Origin: Candidatus Poribacteria bacterium
GTDB taxonomy: Bacteria; Poribacteria; WGA-4E; WGA-3G
Assembly: GCA_965214095.1 (NCBI GenBank)
Contig: OZ243938.1
Location: forward strand, 480,001-544,000
Length of the DNA stretch: 64,000 bases
Direction: 5' to 3'
Shown here: positions 50,999 through 60,669 of the stretch, in pieces
How the letters are laid out: every line of letters starts with the position of its first letter
Numbering within the stretch: the first letter of the stretch is position 1
Translations under genes and position numbers: made by a program
The notes under the pieces: model-generated
Databases searched by the model: none
Told to the model about the DNA's origin: nothing
What the model saw: only the letters and a program-made list of their open reading frames with translations

Positions 50999-52831
50999 TT
51001 ACTGTTCTTCAGAGGTGCGAAACCATGCCAATTTCGGTTTGAGTTTTGGTATCAATTCGGGTTTTATTAGAAAGATATGTTCGGGTTGATTTTGAGTTCT
51101 TGCGTAGTAATTCCCAGATGAATCTGTCTCACCGATTTGCAATGTAAAAACGGACTTATTGCGTAATTCTACAGTAATCTGTATATTAGGAGATTGGAAA
51201 CTTTTTATAACCTCAGTTAGTTTATTTGTTCTACCATCAAAGGTTAATCCAACAAATTCCTCTGCCTTCAAATCAATTAATTCATACAGAAGCGCGTTTA
51301 CTTCTCCATTATTAGCATTCTCTTGAACAGGTTTGGTTATTCTCCAATTCGTTCCAAGTCGTTGACAGGTATATTGTACTGTTTCATTTGAATCATCAAC
51401 ATATTTTACAGTACACCGTATCGGATCATCAATAGTAAATTTGAATATCTGCTTATCTCTTAACCATGCAACACCTTCGCTTATTTTGTCAATTAACTCG
51501 CGTTTGACAAGTGCGATTTGCTTAGTTCTGTTTGTTTTCATGTATACCGTGTCGTTTTTAGTGAAATCTCCAATATGTAGTTCAATAGGTTTTTCAACAT
51601 CACGTATGGTAAGCTTAACTCTGAATGAAGCGTTTTTTAATCCATATAATTCAAGGTTTTTTGAAGAGTTGGATATATAGTCAACAGCTTCAAGTGAATC
51701 AATACCGTATATCAAGTCGCTGGCTGCTTGCGAGTCTGCAGCTATACTATTTTTACCTTGTATTTCCCATAGGTCTTTCTGCCGTTTTATACCTTCAATT
51801 CTCTCTTTTCCGCGTTGAATTTCAAACTGTATAACATCACCACGTTGGAAATCAAGCAATCGTTTGTCTCGTAGGTCAAATGCAGTTTTATTGAGTAGTT
51901 TGATAATGTCATCTGTAACAGTGTATATGCCACCTTGGTGAATGGACTGTACGTAGACGGTCTCTTTATCAGTATTTTCTATATCTGTTGAATGAGGAAC
52001 AGCCGAACCTATCGCAAGACCGTAACTCTTTCCCACATCTTTCAGTGTGATATGAATACGTGGTGTATCTAATCCGTATTTTTCTAATGACGATTTTACC
52101 GATTCACCATCTAACTCAAAGGAGGAGACTTGTATGGTTTGTAATTCTGAGAGGATATATCTTATATCTTCAGAATCTGCATTTACAGATACTGGATTTG
52201 TCATCATCCAAGAGTCACCATTCTTCACACACGAAAACGGTTCAGGTTTTCGAAATGCAATTTCTGTGATTGCATCTGGATTGAATGTAATGACAGAACG
52301 ACTGCGAATGTCAGTTGTGGATATTGCTAAGTCATCAAGCGCACTGGATTCAATAATAAATATGTGTTGTTCCGTCTGTTCTTTGATATATACGGAATAG
52401 TTAACTCCCTTTTTTCCGATTAAAAAAGTAAGTGGGTTACCGTCCCTGTCCTTCCACAGTTGCACTGTAATAGTAGGATTCTCTAACCCATATTGGTCAT
52501 ATTCAGCAACTTCAAAGGTCTGTCTTATCCGTTTATCTACAAAATCATCCAATACAGTGTTAACTTTAGAAAAATCTGCATCTGCAATGAATGGTGATGT
52601 AATCTGCCACATCTCTTCACCATCCTTGCTTACACTAATTGTTTGATAGGAATCATCGGCGTAGGAAAGTTGTATTCTTGATATGTCCTCACGCGGCAGT
52701 TCGTAGACTTCAGAGATGGTCGGTTTATTGCGACTTGTCCTTTCTTCTACTGGTTCGTCAAAAAACAGAAAATATGTTGCTGCAATAACGATCAATAGCA
52801 CTATGATGATAAGAGTGGTCCTGTAATTCAT
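50999..52831 (-). CDS. DUF4340 repeat protein
   Basis: N-terminal TM and three W....P...A / YGL..P / L.IG units. Confidence 0.85.
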   Translation of the reverse strand: MNYRTTLIIIVLLIVIAATYFLFFDEPVEERTSRNKPTISEVYELPREDISRIQLSYADDSYQTISVSKDGEEMWQITSPFIADADFSKVNTVLDDFVDKRIRQTFEVAEYDQYGLENPTITVQLWKDRDGNPLTFLIGKKGVNYSVYIKEQTEQHIFIIESSALDDLAISTTDIRSRSVITFNPDAITEIAFRKPEPFSCVKNGDSWMMTNPVSVNADSEDIRYILSELQTIQVSSFELDGESVKSSLEKYGLDTPRIHITLKDVGKSYGLAIGSAVPHSTDIENTDKETVYVQSIHQGGIYTVTDDIIKLLNKTAFDLRDKRLLDFQRGDVIQFEIQRGKERIEGIKRQKDLWEIQGKNSIAADSQAASDLIYGIDSLEAVDYISNSSKNLELYGLKNASFRVKLTIRDVEKPIELHIGDFTKNDTVYMKTNRTKQIALVKRELIDKISEGVAWLRDKQIFKFTIDDPIRCTVKYVDDSNETVQYTCQRLGTNWRITKPVQENANNGEVNALLYELIDLKAEEFVGLTFDGRTNKLTEVIKSFQSPNIQITVELRNKSVFTLQIGETDSSGNYYARTQNQPEHIFLIKPELIPKLKPKLAWFRTSEEQ

Positions 52832-54408
52832 ACAGTTCCCCCTTCACGTCGATTCCACCACACAACTAAACCTGCAATAAACACAACCAACGGTATAAGG
52901 AAGATTGCAGTTATTTGTACAACACCTGCTTGTTGCGGAGTCATGCTGCGTAATTTCTGGTTGTTTCTATCTGGTTCAGTAATAGCAATTAGGTCGCCAT
53001 CTTCGGTAAGCCAATTCACTGAAGTCAGTAATAAACCTTGATTTGCCTTTTTCAAATCAAGGTTTGTAGCAAAATTTGAACAACCAAATACCACGATTCG
53101 AGTAGGACTTATCTCATCGGTATCATTTGTATCCACCAAAACGTGTTTTTCAACAGCAACAGCAAAAGACACAGGAGCAGGAAGATCAATTCCGGCAGTA
53201 TAACCATTACCACTGAACTTCCCATCAGGCATTCGTTCTTTTTCTGCCCAACTTACGCCTAATGCACTGACAGTCTTTGCAAGTGACTTAACAGAGAGTT
53301 CTGATTTTATTTCATCTTTAGGTGATACAGAACGCGTCTTAGGGAATGCAAGATAAGGATCTAATTGTCGTGTAATTTCATGCTGTTCAAAATTAGGAAA
53401 AGGTGCACTCGATCCTCTCATCACATCAAATGCAAACCTATCAACCACCAAATCATTACCAACCGACACTCCCCACTTTGACATAAGTTGCACAAGTCTC
53501 TTATTGACATCTTCAGATGACTCTGATGGGTGGAATAACAACAATAGTTTTCCATTCTTATCTATATATCTGCTAATTTTATCTATTTCATTAGTTGTTA
53601 ATGTTTCTGTCGGTCCCACAATTGCAAGTAGATCACAATTTGAGGGAATATCTGCTTCTGTAAGAAACGATAGTGTTATAGGTTCGTAATTCTGATTTTC
53701 TAATGCTTTCTTGAATTCACTGAGACCGAATTGAGTTAAATCATTGATTTCATATTCCCCATGTCCAACCAAAAAATATATCTTCTTGGTTTTGTTCTGA
53801 ATAAGTTTGAGAACTGCACTCGCAAATTTCTGCTCACTGACAATAGTCACCTCTTCTTGTCTGTCTTTAGAACTAAACACAACAGTCCCATCCCTGAGCC
53901 TATGATCTACACGTTGGACATCTATGTATGGATCCTTTAATGCTACAGTGATGAATTCTGATTCGCGTTGGAACAACTCTAATTTATGCATAGCGCGGAT
54001 TGCCAACTGTGAATTTTCATCACTGTAGAAGGCTATAATCTCCACATCTTTATCCAGAGAATTTAGAATCTTTTTCGTCTGTTCGGATAACGAATTGTCT
54101 TGTAACTCTGTTAAATCTAAACTCATATCAAAACGTTGTGAAACTATGACGTTCACAAAAACGGCAATTCCTATTATACCAATTACACTTAGAGCAACGT
54201 TAGTCCCATACCGTAATTGCCGACTGACAAACAAGTCAACAAAATCTTGGTAGTGTAAGACAGCAAGAACAGCCAATGTCGCTATAAAGAGAATAAGGAA
54301 GATCCAAAATACTAACCATGCCTTTAGAGATAGACAGGCAATTGAGATAAAACAGAAAATTAATGCAAGGAAACCAACTATCGGTCCTGCAACGTTTTTT
54401 CTTGACAC
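52828..54408 (-). CDS. GldG-like ABC auxiliary component
   Basis: DLT....SLS.QT, YFLVGHGE, VNWL, C-terminal TM followed by WWNRR. Confidence 0.88.
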   Translation of the reverse strand: MSRKNVAGPIVGFLALIFCFISIACLSLKAWLVFWIFLILFIATLAVLAVLHYQDFVDLFVSRQLRYGTNVALSVIGIIGIAVFVNVIVSQRFDMSLDLTELQDNSLSEQTKKILNSLDKDVEIIAFYSDENSQLAIRAMHKLELFQRESEFITVALKDPYIDVQRVDHRLRDGTVVFSSKDRQEEVTIVSEQKFASAVLKLIQNKTKKIYFLVGHGEYEINDLTQFGLSEFKKALENQNYEPITLSFLTEADIPSNCDLLAIVGPTETLTTNEIDKISRYIDKNGKLLLLFHPSESSEDVNKRLVQLMSKWGVSVGNDLVVDRFAFDVMRGSSAPFPNFEQHEITRQLDPYLAFPKTRSVSPKDEIKSELSVKSLAKTVSALGVSWAEKERMPDGKFSGNGYTAGIDLPAPVSFAVAVEKHVLVDTNDTDEISPTRIVVFGCSNFATNLDLKKANQGLLLTSVNWLTEDGDLIAITEPDRNNQKLRSMTPQQAGVVQITAIFLIPLVVFIAGLVVWWNRREGGTV

Positions 54409-54411
54409 GGT

Positions 54412-55137
54412 TTATCTCCATTTTGAAGATTCAATTGACTTGAATGTTGCAAATAAACAGACACAGGTAAAACTGACATAGTAGACCACATCTTTAACCA
54501 GGATTGCACCGCGTGGAAAATCGCTGAAATGTTCACTAAATGATAGATACTTTAAGAAGTTACCAATAGTACCACCACGGTCAGAGACAGCTCCAATTAC
54601 CCACAATGCTAATAAAAAACCAAAACTTGTCAAGGCAGCCACAATCTGATTTTTGCTCATTGATGACATCATTAAACCGAAAGCAAGAAAACATGAACCA
54701 AGCAGAGTGAGTCCAAGATAACCACTAAAAATAAGACCAACATCTAATGGACCGAATCGCTGTGTCAGAAATGGAAAAATAAGTGTGAGTCCGAGCATTA
54801 TGATAAGCAGTGTCCAACTTGCAAGATATTTTCCAAGAACTACCTGACTATCAGTAATGGGAGAGGTAAGAAGCAGTTCAATCGTACCAGATTTACGTTC
54901 TTCTGCAAATAGTTTCATTGTCAATACTGGAGTAAAAAAGAGAAGAATAGTTGCCATTATTCCGAAGGTCGACTGCATCACTCCATTACCAAAACCATTA
55001 TTATTGCTTGATACTATCAGGAAAAACTGGAATAGATAACCAGAAATTGCTGCAAAGACAAAACACACAAAATAGGCAACAGGAGATACAAAATATGTAT
55101 ATAGTTCTTTGGTGCAAACGGCAAATATGTTTCTCAT
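54412..55137 (-). CDS. GldF-like ABC-2 permease
   Basis: KEL..YF.SP.AY, TM.LFAEERKSGT.ELLLTSP. Confidence 0.9.
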   Translation of the reverse strand: MRNIFAVCTKELYTYFVSPVAYFVCFVFAAISGYLFQFFLIVSSNNNGFGNGVMQSTFGIMATILLFFTPVLTMKLFAEERKSGTIELLLTSPITDSQVVLGKYLASWTLLIIMLGLTLIFPFLTQRFGPLDVGLIFSGYLGLTLLGSCFLAFGLMMSSMSKNQIVAALTSFGFLLALWVIGAVSDRGGTIGNFLKYLSFSEHFSDFPRGAILVKDVVYYVSFTCVCLFATFKSIESSKWR

Positions 55138-55180
55138 TTGTCTGTGATGTCGGGTGGATTGAGTGCTAAGGAATACTAAC

Positions 55181-55283
55181 TATAGTGAATTATAAATATA
55201 AATTGACACTTTCGCCCCCCGGTAGGCGAGGTTTCCTAACCTCGCCGATGCAGAGTGTTCAAGTAATTTCAAAATCTACTATA
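55181..55283. mobile_element. MITE family B copy, 103 bp, overlapping the 3' end of the chlorite dismutase-family gene
   Basis: TATAGTGAATT...AATCTACTATA. Confidence 0.85.
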
Positions 55284-56011
55284 AAATGTTTATGGACTTT
55301 TCCTACAAAGAATGGACCGAGAGATTCTATATACTTTGTCGTCTGCTCTGTTTTCCGCATATCTTGAATCAGTCGTGACAGGGGATATAATTCTTTTCCA
55401 ACTAAACCGATAACAAACTCATTGTCATTCGTATCTAAACCGAAGCAAGCCAAACGTATGTCACTGGCATAACTTCCAGCAGCATAACTTCGTCCAAGCA
55501 TCGCATGTTCACCAAGAATTCTACCACGATCAGATGGATCCAGTTGATAAAAATCTGGTCTTCGTCGGAGAGGATACCAAATCGCCCACGGAAAGTCTGG
55601 GTTGAGGACATTGTTGCGCGGTTTGTTGATAAGCCATTCTTCCAAATTAGGTTCTCTTCCACTTGAATAGGTGCGTCCTATCATCGTCATTTCTGGACGA
55701 TATGTGAGGTGACAATTGGCTATTAGACTCTTTAATGAAATTCGGGAACTGGTCATTAATGTTGCAGGGTCTTGAGCCATAAAAAGCACACCAACTCCCG
55801 TTGGGTGATTTAGATCGTCGTATAGAACCTTATTTGATTTTCCCTTACCAAGTGTCTCAATTACACTTGTTGGATCGTGACAATCTTTGAATACATGGAG
55901 TTGAAAGTACAGCCTCTGATCACTATATTGTGGTTCTCCATCAATAGGAGCACCCATCTCACGTATATCTACTGGTTCGGGACGTTTTGGTCTAGTTGGT
56001 TTGGATTGCAT
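55259..56011 (-). CDS. Chlorite dismutase-family heme protein (coproheme decarboxylase-like)
   Basis: WYPLRR, R..IL.EH...G..Y, FGLD..D.EF, L...MR. Confidence 0.8.
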   Translation of the reverse strand: MQSKPTRPKRPEPVDIREMGAPIDGEPQYSDQRLYFQLHVFKDCHDPTSVIETLGKGKSNKVLYDDLNHPTGVGVLFMAQDPATLMTSSRISLKSLIANCHLTYRPEMTMIGRTYSSGREPNLEEWLINKPRNNVLNPDFPWAIWYPLRRRPDFYQLDPSDRGRILGEHAMLGRSYAAGSYASDIRLACFGLDTNDNEFVIGLVGKELYPLSRLIQDMRKTEQTTKYIESLGPFFVGKVHKHFIVDFEIT

Positions 56012-56042
56012 TGTGTCTGTTGCGGTTTCCTTGCTGGCTGGG

Positions 56043-57626
56043 TTAACGTTTTGTGTTATACGAATCCCGAATCCACTGTTCTAATATTGGATCGGGATCT
56101 TCAACGACCTGTATTGGAAATGTGAATGAAGTTTGTCCGGTATTCTGCTTTATTAAATTCAAACCGTGTTGATAACTTGACAGGATTTCATCACAGATCT
56201 CTTTCACTGTCTTTTCTTGTGACACTACCCGTTCACAGATGGCATCCGTAGCATCGTCATCAAACTTTATTTCTAAGCCGTGGTCAGTATTAAACTGGTA
56301 TTCATATCTCCGAACATGTTCTTTTGAAATAGTGTTTTGATTATATACACTATCTTCTATAATCTGATGCAACAATTTATCAGGGGCTTCTACAACATCT
56401 GCAGTGACAATAAATTCGGAGGTACTCGTTGATGGGAGTTCAAATTTATAGTTCCTTAATATCCTTTCACAGACAGTCATCAAGGCACGTGCACCTGTTT
56501 TCTGTTCAATAGCTTGTTCTGCTATTCTTCTTAAACCACAATCAGCAAAAAGCACTGAAATACCGTAAGCATTGAACGCATTTTCATATTGGCGGATAAT
56601 AGAACCTTCAGAATGTTTCAATATATAAAAAAGATCGTCTACCTCCAATTCATTACAGACGACATGCACAGGTAAACGTCCTATAAATTCTGGTTCAAAA
56701 CCAAAATCAATAAAGTCCTTTGGTGTAACATGCGCAAGATATTGTGCTGCATCTTCATTCTGGCTTGCTACATCAGCATTAAAACCTATTCTGCTCTGAT
56801 GCCTGCGTTTCTTAATAATCTTTTCCATACCAGTGAACGCACCACTAATAATGAACAGAATATGACGGGTGTTGATCACCTCTTTGTCAACTTTCCCGCG
56901 TTTCTGAAATTCCATTGCAGCTCTCATCTGAGAAGCAACATCGTTACCAGAACGTAGGTCTACTTCAGTTTCCTCCATCAATTTCAGCAGTCCAATCTGT
57001 ACACCACGTCCACTAACATCGCGTCCGATGATATTCGGTGGTGTAGCGATTTTGTCCGCTTCATCAAGATAGATAATCCCGTATTGAGCCAGTTCAAGGT
57101 TGTCGTCCGCTTGCGTAACAAGTTCACGGATTAAGTCGTCAACATTCGCACCAACATAACCCGTTTCACTGAATCGTGTTGCATCTGCTTTTACAAATGG
57201 AACTCCGATGAGCTTGGCAATATGTCTTATCAGATATGTTTTACCCACACCTGTTGGTCCAAGCATAACGATGTTCTGTTTGGAGTAGTCTGTATCAGCT
57301 GCATCAGGATTTTCGTGGCATTCTCGGACGTGATTGTAGTGATCGCATACAGCAATAGCAAGTGCCTTTTTAGCATCATCCTGTTTAATGACATACCTGT
57401 CTAAATACTGCTTAATGTCTTTTGGTTTTAGATCGAACTTCAGGTCAAATGTATCTTGAGGTTCTGGTATGTCTTTGTCAGTTGTGTCTGGTGAGATATT
57501 GCGACCACTAACATTGTCAAGACGTATACCGATACCAACACCGTATTTTTTCTCCAAATTCTCTTTGAATTCTTGAAGTTCCTTTTGCAGTTCTTCTTGT
57601 GTTGGGAATTTTTTATCGGAATTCAT
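56043..57626 (-). CDS. ClpX-like AAA+ ATPase lacking the zinc-binding domain
   Basis: GPTGVGKT, DAT.FSETGYVG, LDEADKI, RDVSG.GVQ, IGF loop, PEFIGR, GARAL. Confidence 0.9.
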   Translation of the reverse strand: MNSDKKFPTQEELQKELQEFKENLEKKYGVGIGIRLDNVSGRNISPDTTDKDIPEPQDTFDLKFDLKPKDIKQYLDRYVIKQDDAKKALAIAVCDHYNHVRECHENPDAADTDYSKQNIVMLGPTGVGKTYLIRHIAKLIGVPFVKADATRFSETGYVGANVDDLIRELVTQADDNLELAQYGIIYLDEADKIATPPNIIGRDVSGRGVQIGLLKLMEETEVDLRSGNDVASQMRAAMEFQKRGKVDKEVINTRHILFIISGAFTGMEKIIKKRRHQSRIGFNADVASQNEDAAQYLAHVTPKDFIDFGFEPEFIGRLPVHVVCNELEVDDLFYILKHSEGSIIRQYENAFNAYGISVLFADCGLRRIAEQAIEQKTGARALMTVCERILRNYKFELPSTSTSEFIVTADVVEAPDKLLHQIIEDSVYNQNTISKEHVRRYEYQFNTDHGLEIKFDDDATDAICERVVSQEKTVKEICDEILSSYQHGLNLIKQNTGQTSFTFPIQVVEDPDPILEQWIRDSYNTKR

Positions 57627-57903
57627 AGTTATACATTTATGGTAAAGTATAAAATTACATCTACCCTTTCTATCCACAGTAGGTGAGGTTTCCTAACCTC
57701 GCTTAATCTTTTCGGAATTCATAGTTATACATTTATGGTAAAGTATAAAATTATATCTACACTTTCTATCCACGGTAGGCGAGGTTTCCTAACCTCGCTT
57801 AATCTTTTCGGAATTTATAGTTATACATTTATGGTAAAGTATAAAATTATATCTACACTTTCTACCCACGGTAGGCGAGGTTTCCTAACCTCGCTTAATC
57901 TTT
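57616..57903. repeat. Tandem repeat of 3 x 96 bp, each unit with a GTAG REP
   Basis: Units start at 57616, 57712 and 57808 with a few substitutions. Confidence 0.95.
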
Positions 57904-59445
57904 GACATTCGCATAAAAGAACGGCGGCATAGTTAATGCCACAACATCATCTTCTCCAGAGATTTCACGTGCCATTGCGAGTGCATCATCCAAGTTCTTT
58001 GCCCATTCCACTCCTAAACGTTGTGCCACTCTCGGTTCTTTCGGTCCAACCAAAATCACTTTTGACAAATACTTTAACGGATAAGTTGCCCAATACCAGA
58101 CGGTAAATGGATGAAAACCGTGATGGGCATACTTGTTGCGATAACAATCAATTAAATACTCGTCTTTTGCGTATTTTTCCTGATACTTCTGCTGCATTTC
58201 AAACGGTTCGGTTGTATCCTCCAACACTTCTTCATAGAACATCTTATATGCCACGTGATATTCCTCGTGAAATATCTCATAAGTTGGATTCATTATGATA
58301 ACAACCCCATTCTCTTTTATTATCGGTTTGTTGTAGAACCAATTGAACACATATCCCAATATGTCACTTACAACCAAAACTGGATTGATTCGCGCATCGA
58401 CCGCATAAGGACTCATATCGGGTAAGCCAAACACTAAGGTACTATATTGTCGTGGAATATCTATGGCTAACTGATCCTTCATCAAGGCAAGTGTTTCTGC
58501 GTGCACCGCATCAATATCACCTGCATTAACTGCCATCGGTTCGTAGTCTGTCTGCACACTCTTTAGTATATTATACCTTACTGATTCTGGCAATATGGAT
58601 AAGGTAAGTGGAGTGAAGGCTTTTACAACCTTTTCAACGATGTTGCAGTCTTTATTCGGTTTTCCAACATAACGGAGGTGGAACGGATAAATAGCACCAT
58701 TCATAGCCGCTTCAAGAACAAAAACCGGAGTCTCTTTCTGAATAAGTCGACTCATCCGCTCAATACAAGCGTGCATATTTGAACCTTCAGGTTGCATCAC
58801 ATGTGGACAATCAGATGTCATGTGGGGAGAGTGATGCGGCGCGATGGAGTTATATGTGCCAAGTCCTACTGCAACAGATTTATGACCACCATTCAACGGA
58901 ATTTGTATCATATCAACATATATAATCAGATCCACATCAAGCGCAGATTTATCTGTCTCAACGACTTCGTCCTGTTCTGTTTTCCCCACTTCAACAATCT
59001 GTTCAGCATCCTCAGCGTCAAAATTACGAAGTTGATGAGGATAGAACTCATCCATGATGTCTTTCCCTAACATATACTCAAGTTCATGTTCCTTCATTTT
59101 ACGATGAAGCGCAACAGCACACATGAGTTCTATATTCTTCTTTTCTACACCATACTCATACAACAACTTCAAAAGTGTTTCAGTCATGATTTGACGTAGA
59201 TCAGGTTTCTTGGTCGCAGGAAAAGGTTGGCAATTGTCATCAAAAAGGATAAGAACTTTTGAATTTCCGTCTACGAGTTCTCGTAACGGAGGCATGTCAA
59301 GTGGGTTTTCAAAAGCTTGTTGTGTCTGTTCACTGAGTGCAGCACGTTTGATACCTGGAATTGGAGGTTTTGCAAAAAATACGTCTGAGTTATCAGGTAT
59401 TTTTGCATTGACAAGATGGTTGCCGAAGTATGTGAAGTATTTCAT
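57895..59445 (-). CDS. Lactate racemase (LarA/DUF2088) domain protein
   Basis: A.ENP...PPL, FDD, ALHRKM, GGHK. Confidence 0.8.
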   Translation of the reverse strand: MKYFTYFGNHLVNAKIPDNSDVFFAKPPIPGIKRAALSEQTQQAFENPLDMPPLRELVDGNSKVLILFDDNCQPFPATKKPDLRQIMTETLLKLLYEYGVEKKNIELMCAVALHRKMKEHELEYMLGKDIMDEFYPHQLRNFDAEDAEQIVEVGKTEQDEVVETDKSALDVDLIIYVDMIQIPLNGGHKSVAVGLGTYNSIAPHHSPHMTSDCPHVMQPEGSNMHACIERMSRLIQKETPVFVLEAAMNGAIYPFHLRYVGKPNKDCNIVEKVVKAFTPLTLSILPESVRYNILKSVQTDYEPMAVNAGDIDAVHAETLALMKDQLAIDIPRQYSTLVFGLPDMSPYAVDARINPVLVVSDILGYVFNWFYNKPIIKENGVVIIMNPTYEIFHEEYHVAYKMFYEEVLEDTTEPFEMQQKYQEKYAKDEYLIDCYRNKYAHHGFHPFTVWYWATYPLKYLSKVILVGPKEPRVAQRLGVEWAKNLDDALAMAREISGEDDVVALTMPPFFYANVKD

Positions 59446-59563
59446 TATAGAAATCTATTATTGTTATTATATTGTATAATTACTATGATCTGAATTTTTA
59501 CCTATTTTAGCACAATTAGAGGAACAGTGCAAGATTATTTTCGTTATACCAGTGCCTCCAATC

Positions 59564-59785
59564 CAGGGTTATTTAGTTTTAAGTATTTTCCAAAATAGAG
59601 ATTTGCTAAAAGTTAATACCCAAGAAGGTAGGTGCGGTTTCCTAACCGCACCGGAACCCACAAGAAAACTGACTATGAAAGGTTTTAGCACAAAGCCGGT
59701 TCGGTTAGGAAACCGAACCTACCGGCCTGGGGCATTTAGCATTTGTGAAAAAAGGACAAGAATTACCGAAAACTAAATAACCTTG
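59564..59785. mobile_element. MITE family C, 222 bp, 17-bp TIR, 9-bp TSD, enclosing a REPIN
   Basis: CAGGGTTATTTAGTTTT / AAAACTAAATAACCTTG; CCTCCAATC duplicated at 59555-59563 and 59786-59794. Confidence 0.9.
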
Positions 59786-59802
59786 CCTCCAATCATTAAC
59801 TT

Positions 59803-59831
59803 TTGCAATAATTGGGTAAAGATGGTATAAT
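59803..59831 (+). promoter_or_regulatory. Sigma70 promoter directly before an ATG (leaderless-type)
   Basis: TTGCAA-17 bp-TATAAT, 6 nt, ATG 59838. Confidence 0.7.
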
Positions 59832-59837
59832 TTACAA

Positions 59838-60623
59838 ATGGGATTTAAGATAGAAGAAATTCCTGGAAATGAGGCATCCATCATAGAGAACAGCGAGTCG
59901 GTACTCACCTATTGTTATGGTGATGGTGTGCCTTCTTCATATTTTCATCCGGTGTATGCGCCAAATGGAGAAAACATAACACAGGAATATGCAGAGGATA
60001 ATCAATCCGGACTCTGTTTCTCTTTAGGTACAGTATTTGATGCCACGAATGAAAAAGTTAATCTAAATAGAAATAACACGACTCTTGAATCTGAAATCAC
60101 AGAGACAGATACATCTGGAGTTTGTGTTAATCTAATTGGTAAGACTCAGTGGAAATGTTCAAATATTGAGATTTTAGAGATATGTAGCACTACAGTTCAT
60201 TCATTAACAAACAATGTACGGAATATCGATATAACTATTGAAATCCATGCAGATACACATCCAATTACATTTATGGATAATATAGGACTTGGATATTCTG
60301 CAGCCGAAATGGAACATAGAAAAACCGCAAATGCAGATGGACGAATTGGTGAATTAGAAGTCAACCAACAATCATCAGAGTGGGCAACGTTATGTGGGAT
60401 ATCGGCAAATGCTACAGTTGGAGTGGCTATTCTTCCCCATCCAAGCAATGGTAAAACATCTTTCTTGGTAAAGGATGCCTACCAAGGATACTTGTTCGCA
60501 CAGACACCTCAGTTTACATTAGATGCGAATACATCGCAGACCTTAAAATACCGCGTGCTTATTTATGTTGGAGACATATTTACAATTGACTTAGACCAAT
60601 ATTATGATAGCTACATAGTATAA
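59838..60623 (+). CDS. Hypothetical protein (DUF6807-like beta-sandwich)
   Basis: YFHPVYAPNG..IT, ILPHPSN, LKYRVLIY.G. Confidence 0.65.
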   Translation: MGFKIEEIPGNEASIIENSESVLTYCYGDGVPSSYFHPVYAPNGENITQEYAEDNQSGLCFSLGTVFDATNEKVNLNRNNTTLESEITETDTSGVCVNLIGKTQWKCSNIEILEICSTTVHSLTNNVRNIDITIEIHADTHPITFMDNIGLGYSAAEMEHRKTANADGRIGELEVNQQSSEWATLCGISANATVGVAILPHPSNGKTSFLVKDAYQGYLFAQTPQFTLDANTSQTLKYRVLIYVGDIFTIDLDQYYDSYIV

Positions 60624-60669
60624 GATTTTGTAGATGATGTAATATAACTCTTGATTATATAGTTTTCTT

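Noticed and set aside
57616-57903. Possible CRISPR array
   Set aside because: The whole 96-bp unit is repeated, so there are no unique spacers, and no cas genes are present
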